This document shows, in pieces, positions 29,294 through 38,681 of a stretch of 42,670 nucleotides of DNA; the stretch's first letter is position 1, and every line of letters starts with the position of its first letter. The stretch comes from Oligoflexales bacterium (GTDB lineage: Bacteria; Bdellovibrionota_B; Oligoflexia; Oligoflexales; RGVZ01), in the NCBI GenBank assembly GCA_044236265.1, contig JBIIGV010000010.1:1-42670 (forward strand), given 5' to 3'. The notes beneath the pieces are model-generated. The model was not told where the DNA came from. It saw only the letters and a list, made by a program, of their open reading frames with translations, and ran no database searches. The position numbers and the translations under genes were made by a program.

Positions 29294-31414
29294 CTATCTC
29301 ACACAGACATACGCGTTGGTCGTATTCTTTGTGGCGTAAGCATTCACACCGCAAGTGATGGATGTGTTGTACGTATAGCCAGTCGCTAAACCAACTCCCC
29401 AACCATTGCCACTACTTGCACTGTTTGATGAACCGGTCCAATACCATGAGTTAAGGGATGCCTGCGTAATCCAGTTGATAGAAACTGCAGAGCGAATCCC
29501 ATGAATATAGGCCTCCATAAGCTCTTTCTGCGTCGGTAATCTCCAGCCCGTGACGCCATTATGATCTAGATTTTGACAATTAGCCCAAGCCGCATCCCAA
29601 GCAGCGGTTGATTGGCTTTTACTCCACCAAAGTCCCGTGATTTTATCTTGCATCGTGCACCGAGCAGAATCTGTAGCACAATTAGAAGGTGCGCCACCTG
29701 AAGTTGTCGTTACGTCTTTCCATACGTTGGCGTCACCTGCTGTCGACTCAATGCCGCCACAGTCCGTATCGCTTCCCCATGCAGATACTACACTTGATGG
29801 CAAACCTGATGTGTTATTATTGTAGTCATCAATCGTGTCCCATATATCGGCTGTAGTTCCCGTTGTAACTGCAGCTTGACCAATACTCAAAATAGATCCA
29901 TCGTAATTGAATCGGGCGGAATTGACACGATTGCGGCAGGTTGGCTTAAGCTTACCCGCTACTCCATTGATGGTTTTCCCAATGCGGACATCCCAAGGAT
30001 CTGGCACGACAGGCTGAGTTACTGATCCAGATTCTCCAAAAATATCCACGCCGTCGCGTATATTTGCACCAATGATGTCACTATCACCAGCCCCCGTATA
30101 GCGAACACCGTCCGCCCCGAAATATTCAAATGTTGCAGATGACTTGATCTGAGCATTGAAATTCGCAGAGGTTAAATCTGTTCCGCTAGATCCCGCGAGT
30201 AAATAGTTAGCGCTCGGGAATGCGCCCAAAGTGCCAGCTAAGGTCACACCTGCTTTAATATTGCCGGGTGAAAGGTTACTGAGATCTGCCGACTTGTATG
30301 TCGCTGTAGTTACACATCCTGTTAACCCGTTGTTTGAACAATCTGCCGGTTTTAAAGTGGCTAACCCAACTACGCCTAGAATCGTAGTACCGCCGACGAT
30401 AGTTGCGCCAGCGGGGGAGTTAGAAGTACCAGAGTAGTAGCCAGCTCCAGGAAATGAAACCGTCAAATCCCAAGAACCCCTGTTGGTCAGCGAGGGTGTT
30501 TGCAAAGCCCCTGTTTCTCCATAGGCGCCTGATTCAGAAAGTACATTACTAGCCAATGGGAGCGTAAGGGTACCTGAATTACTGGTTCCATTCGCTCCAT
30601 AGGTGGTACCAGTTAATACTTTCGCTGACGGCGGCAATGTTAAATTACCGACAACACCAGCCACGGTTGAACCGCTTAAAATTTTGGTCGAATCAAAATT
30701 TGACATCTTTGCAGCTTTGAAAGTCGTTCCATCAACAACACATGATCCGGCCCCATCGGTGGAGCAGCTCACAGGACTTGGGACGACTGATCCAGGAACC
30801 CCTGCGATAGTGACCCCAGACTTTATGTGGCCGGGCACTAAATTCGCGGTAGATACTGGTTTGTAGCCCGCGCCATCCACAATGCAATTAGAATCCGCTT
30901 CAGATAGACAGGCTTGGGCCAGCGCCCCACCGCAATTTTTTGTCCCACTCTGTTTCTCTCCGTTGATATCTATGTAGGATCTGGAGTTACAAATATCAGA
31001 GGCTTCACCAGTCCATAACGGAAGGTCATTATCTGTTTGATTTGCGATAAGATTGAGGGTTCCTATCTCTGTTGACACACCTTGTATAATTTTGACTGAG
31101 CGAACCCCCAAGCCAGCGCCTTCTGGCATAATGAAAGATGCGGTGCTGCGGCTCAGGATAGATAAAGGCACATCTTTGAAAGACCCATCTGCAAGTGCAA
31201 CTCTGGCTTTAAAGCTTTTTGAAACAATAAAATTTCGCCCGGTGATCGTCACAATATCTTCGGGCTTTGCAACAAGAGGGCTGAATGCAGTCACCGAACT
31301 CAAAAAAGATCCTCCGGCAGTCTGTACGTCAAGTTTACTCGTAACGAACCCGCAGGCCTGCAGGAGGTACGCCACACAGAGCAACGCATATTGTTTTTGA
31401 ACCATTGCGCGCAA
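29294..31414 (-). CDS. Fibre-like lipoprotein: IPT/TIG-like N-terminus, internal repeats, C-terminal DUF1566 (Lcl_C) domain
   Basis: Lipobox LLQA-C; VTITGRNF; repeated (N/K)I(K/R)xG(V)T(I/L)xGVxG; DKITGLWW...WDAAWANCQNL..GWRLPTQKEL...WYWTGS...YVCVR. Confidence 0.85.
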   Translation of the reverse strand: MRAMVQKQYALLCVAYLLQACGFVTSKLDVQTAGGSFLSSVTAFSPLVAKPEDIVTITGRNFIVSKSFKARVALADGSFKDVPLSILSRSTASFIMPEGAGLGVRSVKIIQGVSTEIGTLNLIANQTDNDLPLWTGEASDICNSRSYIDINGEKQSGTKNCGGALAQACLSEADSNCIVDGAGYKPVSTANLVPGHIKSGVTIAGVPGSVVPSPVSCSTDGAGSCVVDGTTFKAAKMSNFDSTKILSGSTVAGVVGNLTLPPSAKVLTGTTYGANGTSNSGTLTLPLASNVLSESGAYGETGALQTPSLTNRGSWDLTVSFPGAGYYSGTSNSPAGATIVGGTTILGVVGLATLKPADCSNNGLTGCVTTATYKSADLSNLSPGNIKAGVTLAGTLGAFPSANYLLAGSSGTDLTSANFNAQIKSSATFEYFGADGVRYTGAGDSDIIGANIRDGVDIFGESGSVTQPVVPDPWDVRIGKTINGVAGKLKPTCRNRVNSARFNYDGSILSIGQAAVTTGTTADIWDTIDDYNNNTSGLPSSVVSAWGSDTDCGGIESTAGDANVWKDVTTTSGGAPSNCATDSARCTMQDKITGLWWSKSQSTAAWDAAWANCQNLDHNGVTGWRLPTQKELMEAYIHGIRSAVSINWITQASLNSWYWTGSSNSASSGNGWGVGLATGYTYNTSITCGVNAYATKNTTNAYVCVR

Positions 31415-31441
31415 ATGAAAACTCCCGAGATTTATGTTGGA

Positions 31442-31467
31442 TTTCGGCTAAATCTCGATTTTCTTTA
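31442..31467 (-). promoter_or_regulatory. sigma28-type promoter of the DUF1566 gene
   Basis: Minus-strand TAAAG-N15-CCGAAA, 27 nt upstream of the start. Confidence 0.55.
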
Positions 31468-31728
31468 GATTTTAATAAGGCTTGAACTTAGAGAATCTTA
31501 GATTAGATTAAGTCAACATTTACAGTTGTTTATCGAATAAATTTAGTCCCCTCCGATTTCGGATGGCCTATTTATTGGAAGATATGACGCGCCGAGCTAC
31601 ATGAAACGTCAAACGCTCAACAGCGCTAAAATTTGAGATATCCGAGGACATCAAACATGCTTAAATAATTTGTTCTGTACTCATCTCAGAGTACGCTATG
31701 AAAAAAACACAGGCGCGACACCCATGAC

Positions 31729-32484
31729 TTATCGCTTACCCTGGCTTTGCTCACTCAGGATTTGCTCGATTTGCAGACCAGTCAGGGTTTTTAAACCTCT
31801 GATGAGCATCCAAACCGCAACCATCATGACGATCATACTTGGCAACACGATGACCGGGTAACTCAGGGCTGTCATGCGCCCGAGCTCGGCATTGAATTCT
31901 GGCGTTCCCGCTGGTGACTTCAAGATCCAAATAGCTAGAACAAAGTTCAAAATTGCGGAAATCACAAACGAGATGGCTAACACCAGTGTTGTCTTGAACA
32001 TTAACTTGGAAAAGCCATCGCGCGTCCCCTGAGCATCCAAAGCGGCCTCGACTCGCGGGATATTAATCACGCGGTCATTGTATAAAATAAGTTTCACCAG
32101 AGGTTTTGACGTTTTCATCGATCCAAGAGTCACGAGGGCAATGATCCCGGGAATTGAGGCTTCTTTAGCCGCAAACCAAACACCGTCCACCTGCAAAAGA
32201 CCAAGGCCTCCGGTCAATAAAATGCTCACAAATCCAAGGATCGAAATGAAATTGTGGTGTCTGGTGGTGAAAAACTCCCAAGCACCGTAAATCACAGGCA
32301 AACTTAACGCGATCAGCATCGCCACCACTGGCCCAAGCTTATCTGGAGATGAAAATTTGTTCAAAATGACAGCAGGAAACACAATATTCACCACGAGGTT
32401 CAAGATGGCATTTGGGTTTTTATGCTGAACCTGACCCTCGACAGGACGTCCTGTCTGGTTTGCGGCTGAATTTGGTGTGGACAT
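31729..32484 (-). CDS. VC0807-family membrane protein
   Basis: NIVFPAVILNKFS..LG, NFISILGFVSILLTGGLGL, AAKEASIPG, FNAELGRMTALSYPVI; six or seven hydrophobic segments. Start taken at ATG 32484. Confidence 0.85.
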   Translation of the reverse strand: MSTPNSAANQTGRPVEGQVQHKNPNAILNLVVNIVFPAVILNKFSSPDKLGPVVAMLIALSLPVIYGAWEFFTTRHHNFISILGFVSILLTGGLGLLQVDGVWFAAKEASIPGIIALVTLGSMKTSKPLVKLILYNDRVINIPRVEAALDAQGTRDGFSKLMFKTTLVLAISFVISAILNFVLAIWILKSPAGTPEFNAELGRMTALSYPVIVLPSMIVMMVAVWMLIRGLKTLTGLQIEQILSEQSQGKR

Positions 32485-32573
32485 GCGTGGCTCCATCGGT
32501 TTGAATGACGATTCTATGCCAGTTCGGCATAAAACATCAACCCGTCGAAACTGAAATGACAGGAGTACGACCC

Positions 32574-32768
32574 ATGGCAACTAAAGCTGCAAAAAAAGTC
32601 AAAGAAGCATTCAAAGTCGTTAAGAAGCGTAATGGACGTTGGTCCGTTAAGGGCAGCAACGGCAAGTTTATCAACGGCGAAGAAAAGGTCAAAATCCTTG
32701 TCGGCAAGGGTTTGGTCAAAGTTCTTAAGAAGAAAGAGGGCGCAGCCCCAGCTCCAGCCGCCGAGTAA
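32574..32768 (+). CDS. Small basic hypothetical protein
   Basis: RBS AGGAG; 64-aa Lys-rich ORF (KKRNGRWSVK..INGEEKVKIL..GL); followed by a strong hairpin. Confidence 0.75.
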   Translation: MATKAAKKVKEAFKVVKKRNGRWSVKGSNGKFINGEEKVKILVGKGLVKVLKKKEGAAPAPAAE

Positions 32769-32781
32769 ATTAAGCTTCACC

Positions 32782-32814
32782 GGGGAGTGCGGGCCTCAAG
32801 TGCCTGCACTCCCT
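32782..32814 (+). terminator. GC-rich hairpin (terminator or mRNA stabiliser)
   Basis: GGGGAGTGCGGGC/GCCTGCACTCCCT stem; weak T tract. Confidence 0.45.
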
Positions 32815-32833
32815 GACTAATGTTTGCTGGTCC

Positions 32834-35350
32834 ATGTCAAAATCCCTCATCATTGCTGAAAAACCTTCGGTCGCTCGCGACATCGTCGCCGCCTTGGGTG
32901 GATTTTCCACCATGGGTCAAACTCCTCAGGGAGTTACCGTTTGGGAATCTCAAGACTACGTCTGCTGTCACGCCCTCGGGCATCTGGTCGAGCTCTATGA
33001 GCCCGAGGATTATAACGCCACATACAAATCATGGCGTCTTGCTGATCTACCCATTGTGCCCGACTCCTTTCTTTTAAAACCCAAAGCAGAGACCGCACAG
33101 CTACTGCGCGTCATCAAGCAGCAACTCAATCGACCTGACATCACCGAAATCATCAACGCATGTGATGCGGCGCGGGAAGGTGAGTTGATATTTCGTGAAA
33201 TTATCCAAAACAGCCTTTGTAACAAACCGCAAACACGGGTGTGGCTACAGAGTTTGACTGCAGAATCCATACGCGGCGCATTTGCCGCAAGAAAATCGGC
33301 TCACGAGTTTAGTGGGCTTGCTAATGCAGCCCATGGGCGCTCTCAGGCTGACTGGCTTATGGGCATGAACTTATCGCGAGCTGCCACCCTAAAGCTCGCA
33401 CGGGCCAGCGACGGTGGAGTTTGGAGCATCGGCCGTGTGCAAACGCCGACCTTGGCGATGCTAGCAGAGCGCGAGTTTGCGATTTTGACTCATGATCCGA
33501 GGCCATTTGAATCGGTCACAGCGTCCTTCGTGGCACCAGACCATGAATACGAAGGTAAGTGGATTGCCTCTGAGTTGAAGGGTGCTGAAAACATGGCTCA
33601 TGAGCGCGGGCGCATTTTTTCCCCTGAGCTCTCCCGCAATCTGATGGCAAAATTAACACCAGGCATCGCAGCGCACGCAACCGAGACGCGTAAATCACGT
33701 GAGATGAAAGCACCGCCACTTTTTTCTTTAACGGCCTTACAGCGTCATATGTCGAATCGCTATCAGTGGACTGCAAAACAAACTTTGGATGTAGCGCAGA
33801 AGTGTTACGAGACACATAAAGTCATCACATATCCACGTACCGAATCTGACGCCTTGCCCGAGGATTACCGGGACAAAGTGCGCACAATTTTTGAAAAACT
33901 AAAATCAATTTCAGCATACAAAGAACTTGCTGAAAGACTTGTTACAAGTCCGTGGAATAATGAAAGCTCAGTTTTTGATGACAAAGCTGTAAGTGATCAC
34001 TTTGCCATCATACCGACTGGAAATTTTCCGGCGTCATTACCCAGCCAAGAGGGTTTATTGTTTGATGCCATCATTCGTCGCTTGCTTGCATCACTCATGC
34101 CACCAGCCATCATTGATCAGGTGGAGCGGCGCACGATCGCTGCCGGAGAGACCTTTCTCACTGGTCCTGAGGAGTTCGTCCGAGTTCCAGGCTGGCAAGA
34201 GGCAACGACAGATACAAATGCGCGTCGCAAGAAAGATTTGACTTTAAAACCACTGGTAGGTGATGCACCCATCAAACTGCTTAAAACAAAATTGAGCAAA
34301 GACGAAACCAAGCCGCCCCCTCGTCTCGGTGAGGCGCAGCTACTAACGTTGATGGAGCATGCAGGTCGGCATGTAAGTGATCCAGAAATGGCGCGCGTCT
34401 TGCGCGAAACCGGTGGACTCGGCACCGCTGCCACCCGCGCTGAGATTATCGAAAATTTGAAAAGCAAAGATTATGTTTACGACAACTTGCAGCCTACGAC
34501 CAAGGGACTGCATCTCATTCGCTTTCTAAAACTCGCGCGTGCTGAGCATCTAACATCACCGCAATTAACAGCTGAGCTTGAACAGCATTTGCGTATGGTG
34601 GAAGAGGCCTCGCGCACAAGAGATTCTTTTATTCAGGAAACCGCACGCTCAGTCGACACCTCTCTGAAGGCTATCACAGCATTTGATCTTGAAAAAAGTT
34701 TTGATCATGCGCCGTCGCTTGGAAACTGTCCTCGCTGCCGTGCCACAGTGCACGAGCGGATGTGGAATTATACTTGCGCTAGCAATCGTGGTACGGACGG
34801 TGGCTGCGGCTGGACTTTACCCAAGGACTGTGATGGTCGTTGGCTTGATCCTCAGTCTGTGAGCCGCCTACTCGGTGCAAATGCTGACGGCATCACCCTC
34901 GGTGGATTTCCTGTAGCCGGCAAATCATCACCTGGGCCTAAAAGAGTGTTAAAGATTAATGACGGTAGTCTGGAAATTCTCGATGAATCTGGACGTGAGC
35001 TTAACGGAAACTTTCACACTTCGGAATCCAAATCTTCCACGCGTCGCCGTGTGACATGGGGGTCGTGTCCGATTCACAAGGCCGATGGATGTCTTATTGT
35101 TGAGACAAAAAATGCGTTCATGTGTGAAACGAAGCTACGTCACCTGAAAGAGGGACGCCCCGAGGCACCTGGATTTCAACTACCAAAAGCCATCTGCGAA
35201 CAGCGGCTGAAATTCGAAGACATCAATTCATTCATCACCACCGGACGCACACGATTGATCGAAGGCTTCAAATCTCGCGGCGGGAAAGTATTTGATGCAC
35301 GGGTCGTCCGTAACCCTGCTGGATCTTGGACCTTTGAGTTCAAAAGCTAA
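32834..35350 (+). CDS. topB: DNA topoisomerase III (type IA) with C-terminal repeats
   Basis: IIAEKPSVARDI, GHL, NACDAAREGELIF, GMNLSRA, GRVQTPTL, ITYPRT (catalytic Tyr), DHFAIIPT, GLGTAATRAEIIE, C-terminal GFKSRGGKVFDA. Confidence 0.93.
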   Translation: MSKSLIIAEKPSVARDIVAALGGFSTMGQTPQGVTVWESQDYVCCHALGHLVELYEPEDYNATYKSWRLADLPIVPDSFLLKPKAETAQLLRVIKQQLNRPDITEIINACDAAREGELIFREIIQNSLCNKPQTRVWLQSLTAESIRGAFAARKSAHEFSGLANAAHGRSQADWLMGMNLSRAATLKLARASDGGVWSIGRVQTPTLAMLAEREFAILTHDPRPFESVTASFVAPDHEYEGKWIASELKGAENMAHERGRIFSPELSRNLMAKLTPGIAAHATETRKSREMKAPPLFSLTALQRHMSNRYQWTAKQTLDVAQKCYETHKVITYPRTESDALPEDYRDKVRTIFEKLKSISAYKELAERLVTSPWNNESSVFDDKAVSDHFAIIPTGNFPASLPSQEGLLFDAIIRRLLASLMPPAIIDQVERRTIAAGETFLTGPEEFVRVPGWQEATTDTNARRKKDLTLKPLVGDAPIKLLKTKLSKDETKPPPRLGEAQLLTLMEHAGRHVSDPEMARVLRETGGLGTAATRAEIIENLKSKDYVYDNLQPTTKGLHLIRFLKLARAEHLTSPQLTAELEQHLRMVEEASRTRDSFIQETARSVDTSLKAITAFDLEKSFDHAPSLGNCPRCRATVHERMWNYTCASNRGTDGGCGWTLPKDCDGRWLDPQSVSRLLGANADGITLGGFPVAGKSSPGPKRVLKINDGSLEILDESGRELNGNFHTSESKSSTRRRVTWGSCPIHKADGCLIVETKNAFMCETKLRHLKEGRPEAPGFQLPKAICEQRLKFEDINSFITTGRTRLIEGFKSRGGKVFDARVVRNPAGSWTFEFKS

Positions 35351-35393
35351 CGATTAGAATCGTGGTTCGGAACTTCAAATCTGACAACCAGAT

Positions 35394-35438
35394 TCAACCT
35401 AGAGCCGTATCCAAAATCATCATCACAATAAAACCGAT
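35394..35438 (-). pseudogene. Orphan 3' tail of a ZIP transporter gene
   Basis: Encodes IGFIVMMILDTALG*. The intact gene ends VGFIMMMILDTALG* (40724-40768); 25 nt are identical (35401-35425 = 40731-40755). Confidence 0.85.
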
Positions 35439-35567
35439 TACTCACCGATGAACGCAAATTTTGGACTATCGCCGGTTCTACCTAAAGTGCCTTGCAAAGG
35501 AAAAAAAGATCGTCAGGCTGAAAAAGTTTACAAGGCTTGGCAGTCATTTCAGCTGTGGCACAGGTAA
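35439..35567 (+). pseudogene. trmFO: Orphan 3' tail of a trmFO (gid)-like gene
   Basis: Encodes YSPMNANFGLSPVLPKVPCKGKKDRQAEKVYKAWQSFQLWHR*, matching the TrmFO C-terminal motif PMNxNFGLxP...KKxR. Confidence 0.7.
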
Positions 35568-35718
35568 CATCAGGTGCCTGCCTGAGCTAGACTCGTCCCC
35601 ACCGCGTAAGGGCACTGGATGTAGCGATCCAGAATAGCCAAACATCTGAAATTGCAATTTTTTTTCAGGCATGGGACAATGCCACTGTATTTAGTCGAAA
35701 TTCCGCGGAGCTGCCCCG

Positions 35719-36858
35719 ATGTACCCGAGATTTATTCAAATACCTGAAATTATTAAAACAAAGAGCCTTTTTCTAGTTGGGCCTCGAATGACAGGGAAAA
35801 GCACTCTTTTGAGGGAGGCATTACCTAAGGCTTTATATCTTGACCTTTTGGACGCTGACCTTTTCAGGCGCCTCAGCGCACGACCTGACTACCTTCGCGA
35901 ATTAGTTAAGGATCAGCAAAAAATCGTCGTCATTGACGAAGTACAAAAACTTCCCGAGATTTTGGATGAAGTGCAAAGACTCATTGATTCAAACAGGGAG
36001 TTGCGATTTGCGTTAACCGGAAGTAGCGCTAGAAAGCTAAAACGCGGAGCAGCGAACCTGCTAGGCGGGAGAGCCCTTTTCTTAAATCTTCATCCACTCG
36101 TTAGTGCGGAGCTTGGCCATGGCTCGCGAATTCTAGACCGTCTTAATCGTGGAAGTCTTCCCGCACTGATTGATAGTGAATATTACGAAAGAGAACTTAG
36201 CGCATACGTTGGTGTTTATTTACGTGAAGAAATTCAGGCAGAAGGTTTAACACGATCGATTGGAAATTTCGGTCGCGTTCTAGAAACAGCTGCCCTATGT
36301 AACGGACAACAGGTGAATTTCACACAAATTGGAAATGATGCGCAGGTTCCGCCAAGAACCGTTTCTGATTACTTTCAATTGTTTGAGGACACACTCATTG
36401 GATCCGTCTTGCCGTCATTTAGGGGAACAAAGTCTCGAAAGGCAGTAGCCACGCCAAAATTTTATTTTTTTGACACGGGCGTGGCCCGTGTATTAAGCCG
36501 CACGGGACAAATCCAATTGGGTTCGAAAGCATTTGGCGACGCCCTCGAACACTTGATTTTTCTCGAGCTTAAGGCTTACGTTGACTATACATTTTCGAAC
36601 GCAAGACTCTCTTACTGGCGAAGCGAGTCTCAGCTCGAGGTCGATTTTGTCATCGATGACAAAATCGCGATTGAGGTAAAAGGCACTAACACCGTCACCA
36701 CTTCTCACCTCAAAGGTTTGAAAGCACTAGGTGAGGATTTTCCTCACATGGAGAAATTCCTGGTGGCTATGGAACCCCAACCGCGCAACATTGATGGAAT
36801 TACCATTATTCATGTTGATGCTTTTCTAAAAAAACTTTGGAATGGGGAAATATTTTAG
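35719..36858 (+). CDS. AAA_14/DUF4143 ATPase with C-terminal nuclease-like motif
   Basis: GPRMTGKST, IDEVQK, LTGSSARKL, PKFYFFDTG, YWR...EVDFV...IEVK. Confidence 0.9.
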   Translation: MYPRFIQIPEIIKTKSLFLVGPRMTGKSTLLREALPKALYLDLLDADLFRRLSARPDYLRELVKDQQKIVVIDEVQKLPEILDEVQRLIDSNRELRFALTGSSARKLKRGAANLLGGRALFLNLHPLVSAELGHGSRILDRLNRGSLPALIDSEYYERELSAYVGVYLREEIQAEGLTRSIGNFGRVLETAALCNGQQVNFTQIGNDAQVPPRTVSDYFQLFEDTLIGSVLPSFRGTKSRKAVATPKFYFFDTGVARVLSRTGQIQLGSKAFGDALEHLIFLELKAYVDYTFSNARLSYWRSESQLEVDFVIDDKIAIEVKGTNTVTTSHLKGLKALGEDFPHMEKFLVAMEPQPRNIDGITIIHVDAFLKKLWNGEIF

Positions 36859-36941
36859 GAGCGGAATCGCAAATAGGCGCAAGATTCTGGTTGGAGACGC
36901 ATTTTATTTGTCACATAAGGAATTAATATGCGGAAATACCT

Positions 36942-37787
36942 ATGATGCCGAAGAAAAATAGATTCATTTTAGTGATCACCGATTCGCTTGGTGTAAATCG
37001 CGCTTTCATTACTTGCGACTTGAGGCACATCACCCTTGAAGACGCAATTCTTCTCGTTGAAAATGGCACCTTGGGTGGCTACCGCCTGATCAAGAAAAGA
37101 GATCGCATTTTTCTACGGAGCAAGGTCGATTCATCTTCGACCAACAACCTAGAAGAAATTTCTATATCTGCAAGAAAACTTTCACAAAAGATTAAGGAAC
37201 CAAATACAAGCCCAAAAGTGTCTTTGTACGCGGTCACGTATGGGAAATATTTGGAGCTGAAGAGCGATCGATCCGATCTAATCTATCTTGACGGGATTGC
37301 AAGAATTGCAAAAAGTACCGTTATCAATCGACTACGTCCATTAAAGGAAGAAATTATTTCCGCAGCCAATAAGCAAAACATTGAGCCCATGGTCCTTACT
37401 GGAATTTTAATCGACGAAATCGCCAGGATGGGCCCAGATGACTTGCTGGACATAATTGGTAAAATTGGACTACGTGACACAACCGTCGGACTTGCTCAGA
37501 TCAAAATGTCTACTGCAAGAGATCTTATTAAGAAAAATTATTTATTATTCGATAAAAATATATCTAACGAAAAACTATTCGATCTTCTAAACAATGATGT
37601 AATTGCAATCCAATTTGCTGCGGCCTATTTGAGTTTTATTTATAAATACAGAGCAATGAAAAACAGGGGTACCACGCCTCCAGAGATTTGCTCGAGCTAC
37701 TCTTCTGGTTTAGCGGCCTCAATTAGTTCGAGAGGACGTCAAATAGCCGATGACTTAGCCAGAATCGCAAGCGAGGTTTTGAAGTGA
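36942..37787 (+). CDS. DUF3892-like N-terminus plus lysozyme/transglycosylase-like C-terminus
   Basis: AILLVENG...FLRSKVDSSSTNNLEEI; IISAANKQNIEPMVLTGILIDE...TVGLAQIK...IQFAAAYL; visibly AT-rich. Confidence 0.65.
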   Translation: MMPKKNRFILVITDSLGVNRAFITCDLRHITLEDAILLVENGTLGGYRLIKKRDRIFLRSKVDSSSTNNLEEISISARKLSQKIKEPNTSPKVSLYAVTYGKYLELKSDRSDLIYLDGIARIAKSTVINRLRPLKEEIISAANKQNIEPMVLTGILIDEIARMGPDDLLDIIGKIGLRDTTVGLAQIKMSTARDLIKKNYLLFDKNISNEKLFDLLNNDVIAIQFAAAYLSFIYKYRAMKNRGTTPPEICSSYSSGLAASISSRGRQIADDLARIASEVLK

Positions 37788-38320
37788 GCAAATATTCAAA
37801 AGCATTTACGATTTCATTTTTATCACTTTGCGCATCTTTGCTCGTGGTTGGATTTAAGGCAATTGCCAGGCACCAGGAGGTTAACAGGTTTTTTCGCGAA
37901 ACCGATGACCTGGAATGGGCTCACCAGTATTTGGATAAGGTTATTAATTTTTGCGATGCACCCTGGGAACCTTCACAAGAACAAATCGACTCAAATAGCC
38001 ATATTTTCAAATCTCCTAGCGGCAATCTACATATTAGAAAATACGTTAACGCGTCATTTGAACAATCATTTGAATTGCTCGGGTCACAAAGTAACAGGCT
38101 GTTGCTTGATTTTACTTTTAATTGGGACCCCAAAGGGGCAAGTATTTCTATCAATGACTTCAAATGGGCCAAGGCTGAGCGCTTTTTAATCTTTCGAAAA
38201 CCCATTACGATGGACGACGACTGGGGCACATCAAAAATTTATATTTATAATATTACCAGTGGTGACCTAATATATTTGGGTGACTCTGAATTTTATGATT
38301 GCACAACACGCTCGTGGTAG
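37784..38320 (+). CDS. Membrane-anchored/secreted hypothetical protein, translationally coupled to the upstream gene
   Basis: GTGA start/stop overlap; N-terminal hydrophobic helix; AT-rich. Confidence 0.7.
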   Translation: MSKYSKAFTISFLSLCASLLVVGFKAIARHQEVNRFFRETDDLEWAHQYLDKVINFCDAPWEPSQEQIDSNSHIFKSPSGNLHIRKYVNASFEQSFELLGSQSNRLLLDFTFNWDPKGASISINDFKWAKAERFLIFRKPITMDDDWGTSKIYIYNITSGDLIYLGDSEFYDCTTRSW

Positions 38321-38365
38321 ACTCACCGCCATTTGATTACATGAAATCTGCCTGTCATATCAGCG

Positions 38366-38625
38366 TTACCGAACGATAGCGCAGGAGCATATACCCCAGT
38401 GCTGGCCGCGGTAATAAAGACCGGCTTTTGACGTCCCTTCCTAAGTCATGCCGATTTTTTTCATGACTTTGGCAAAATATTTTCTACCTTAGATCGACCT
38501 TGAATTCGCTTAGAACCAAACGTCTTAAAACAGTATTCCAAAACCTTGGTGCAAGCTGCTGCGGCTATGCCTTTGTTCCAGTGCTTTTCATCAAAATCGC
38601 AAGCCAGCTCCATGCTGTCAATATC
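38366..38625 (-). pseudogene. 3' half of a RimJ/RimL-type GNAT acetyltransferase gene, decayed
   Basis: ELACDFDEKHWNKGIAAAACTKVLEYCF..RIQG..EN, then a frameshift near 38470 to KVMKKIGMT*EGT..YYRGQHW..AIVR*; 5' half missing. Confidence 0.7.
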
Positions 38626-38681
38626 CTCAAGGACACTTGCCACACATGATGCATCGACATAGCTCTTCTTTGGAAATAAAA

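Noticed and set aside
29127..29480. Diversity-generating retroelement targeting the DUF1566 C-terminus
   Set aside because: No template repeat with adenine-specific mismatches and no reverse transcriptase were seen in the window; action in trans cannot be excluded.
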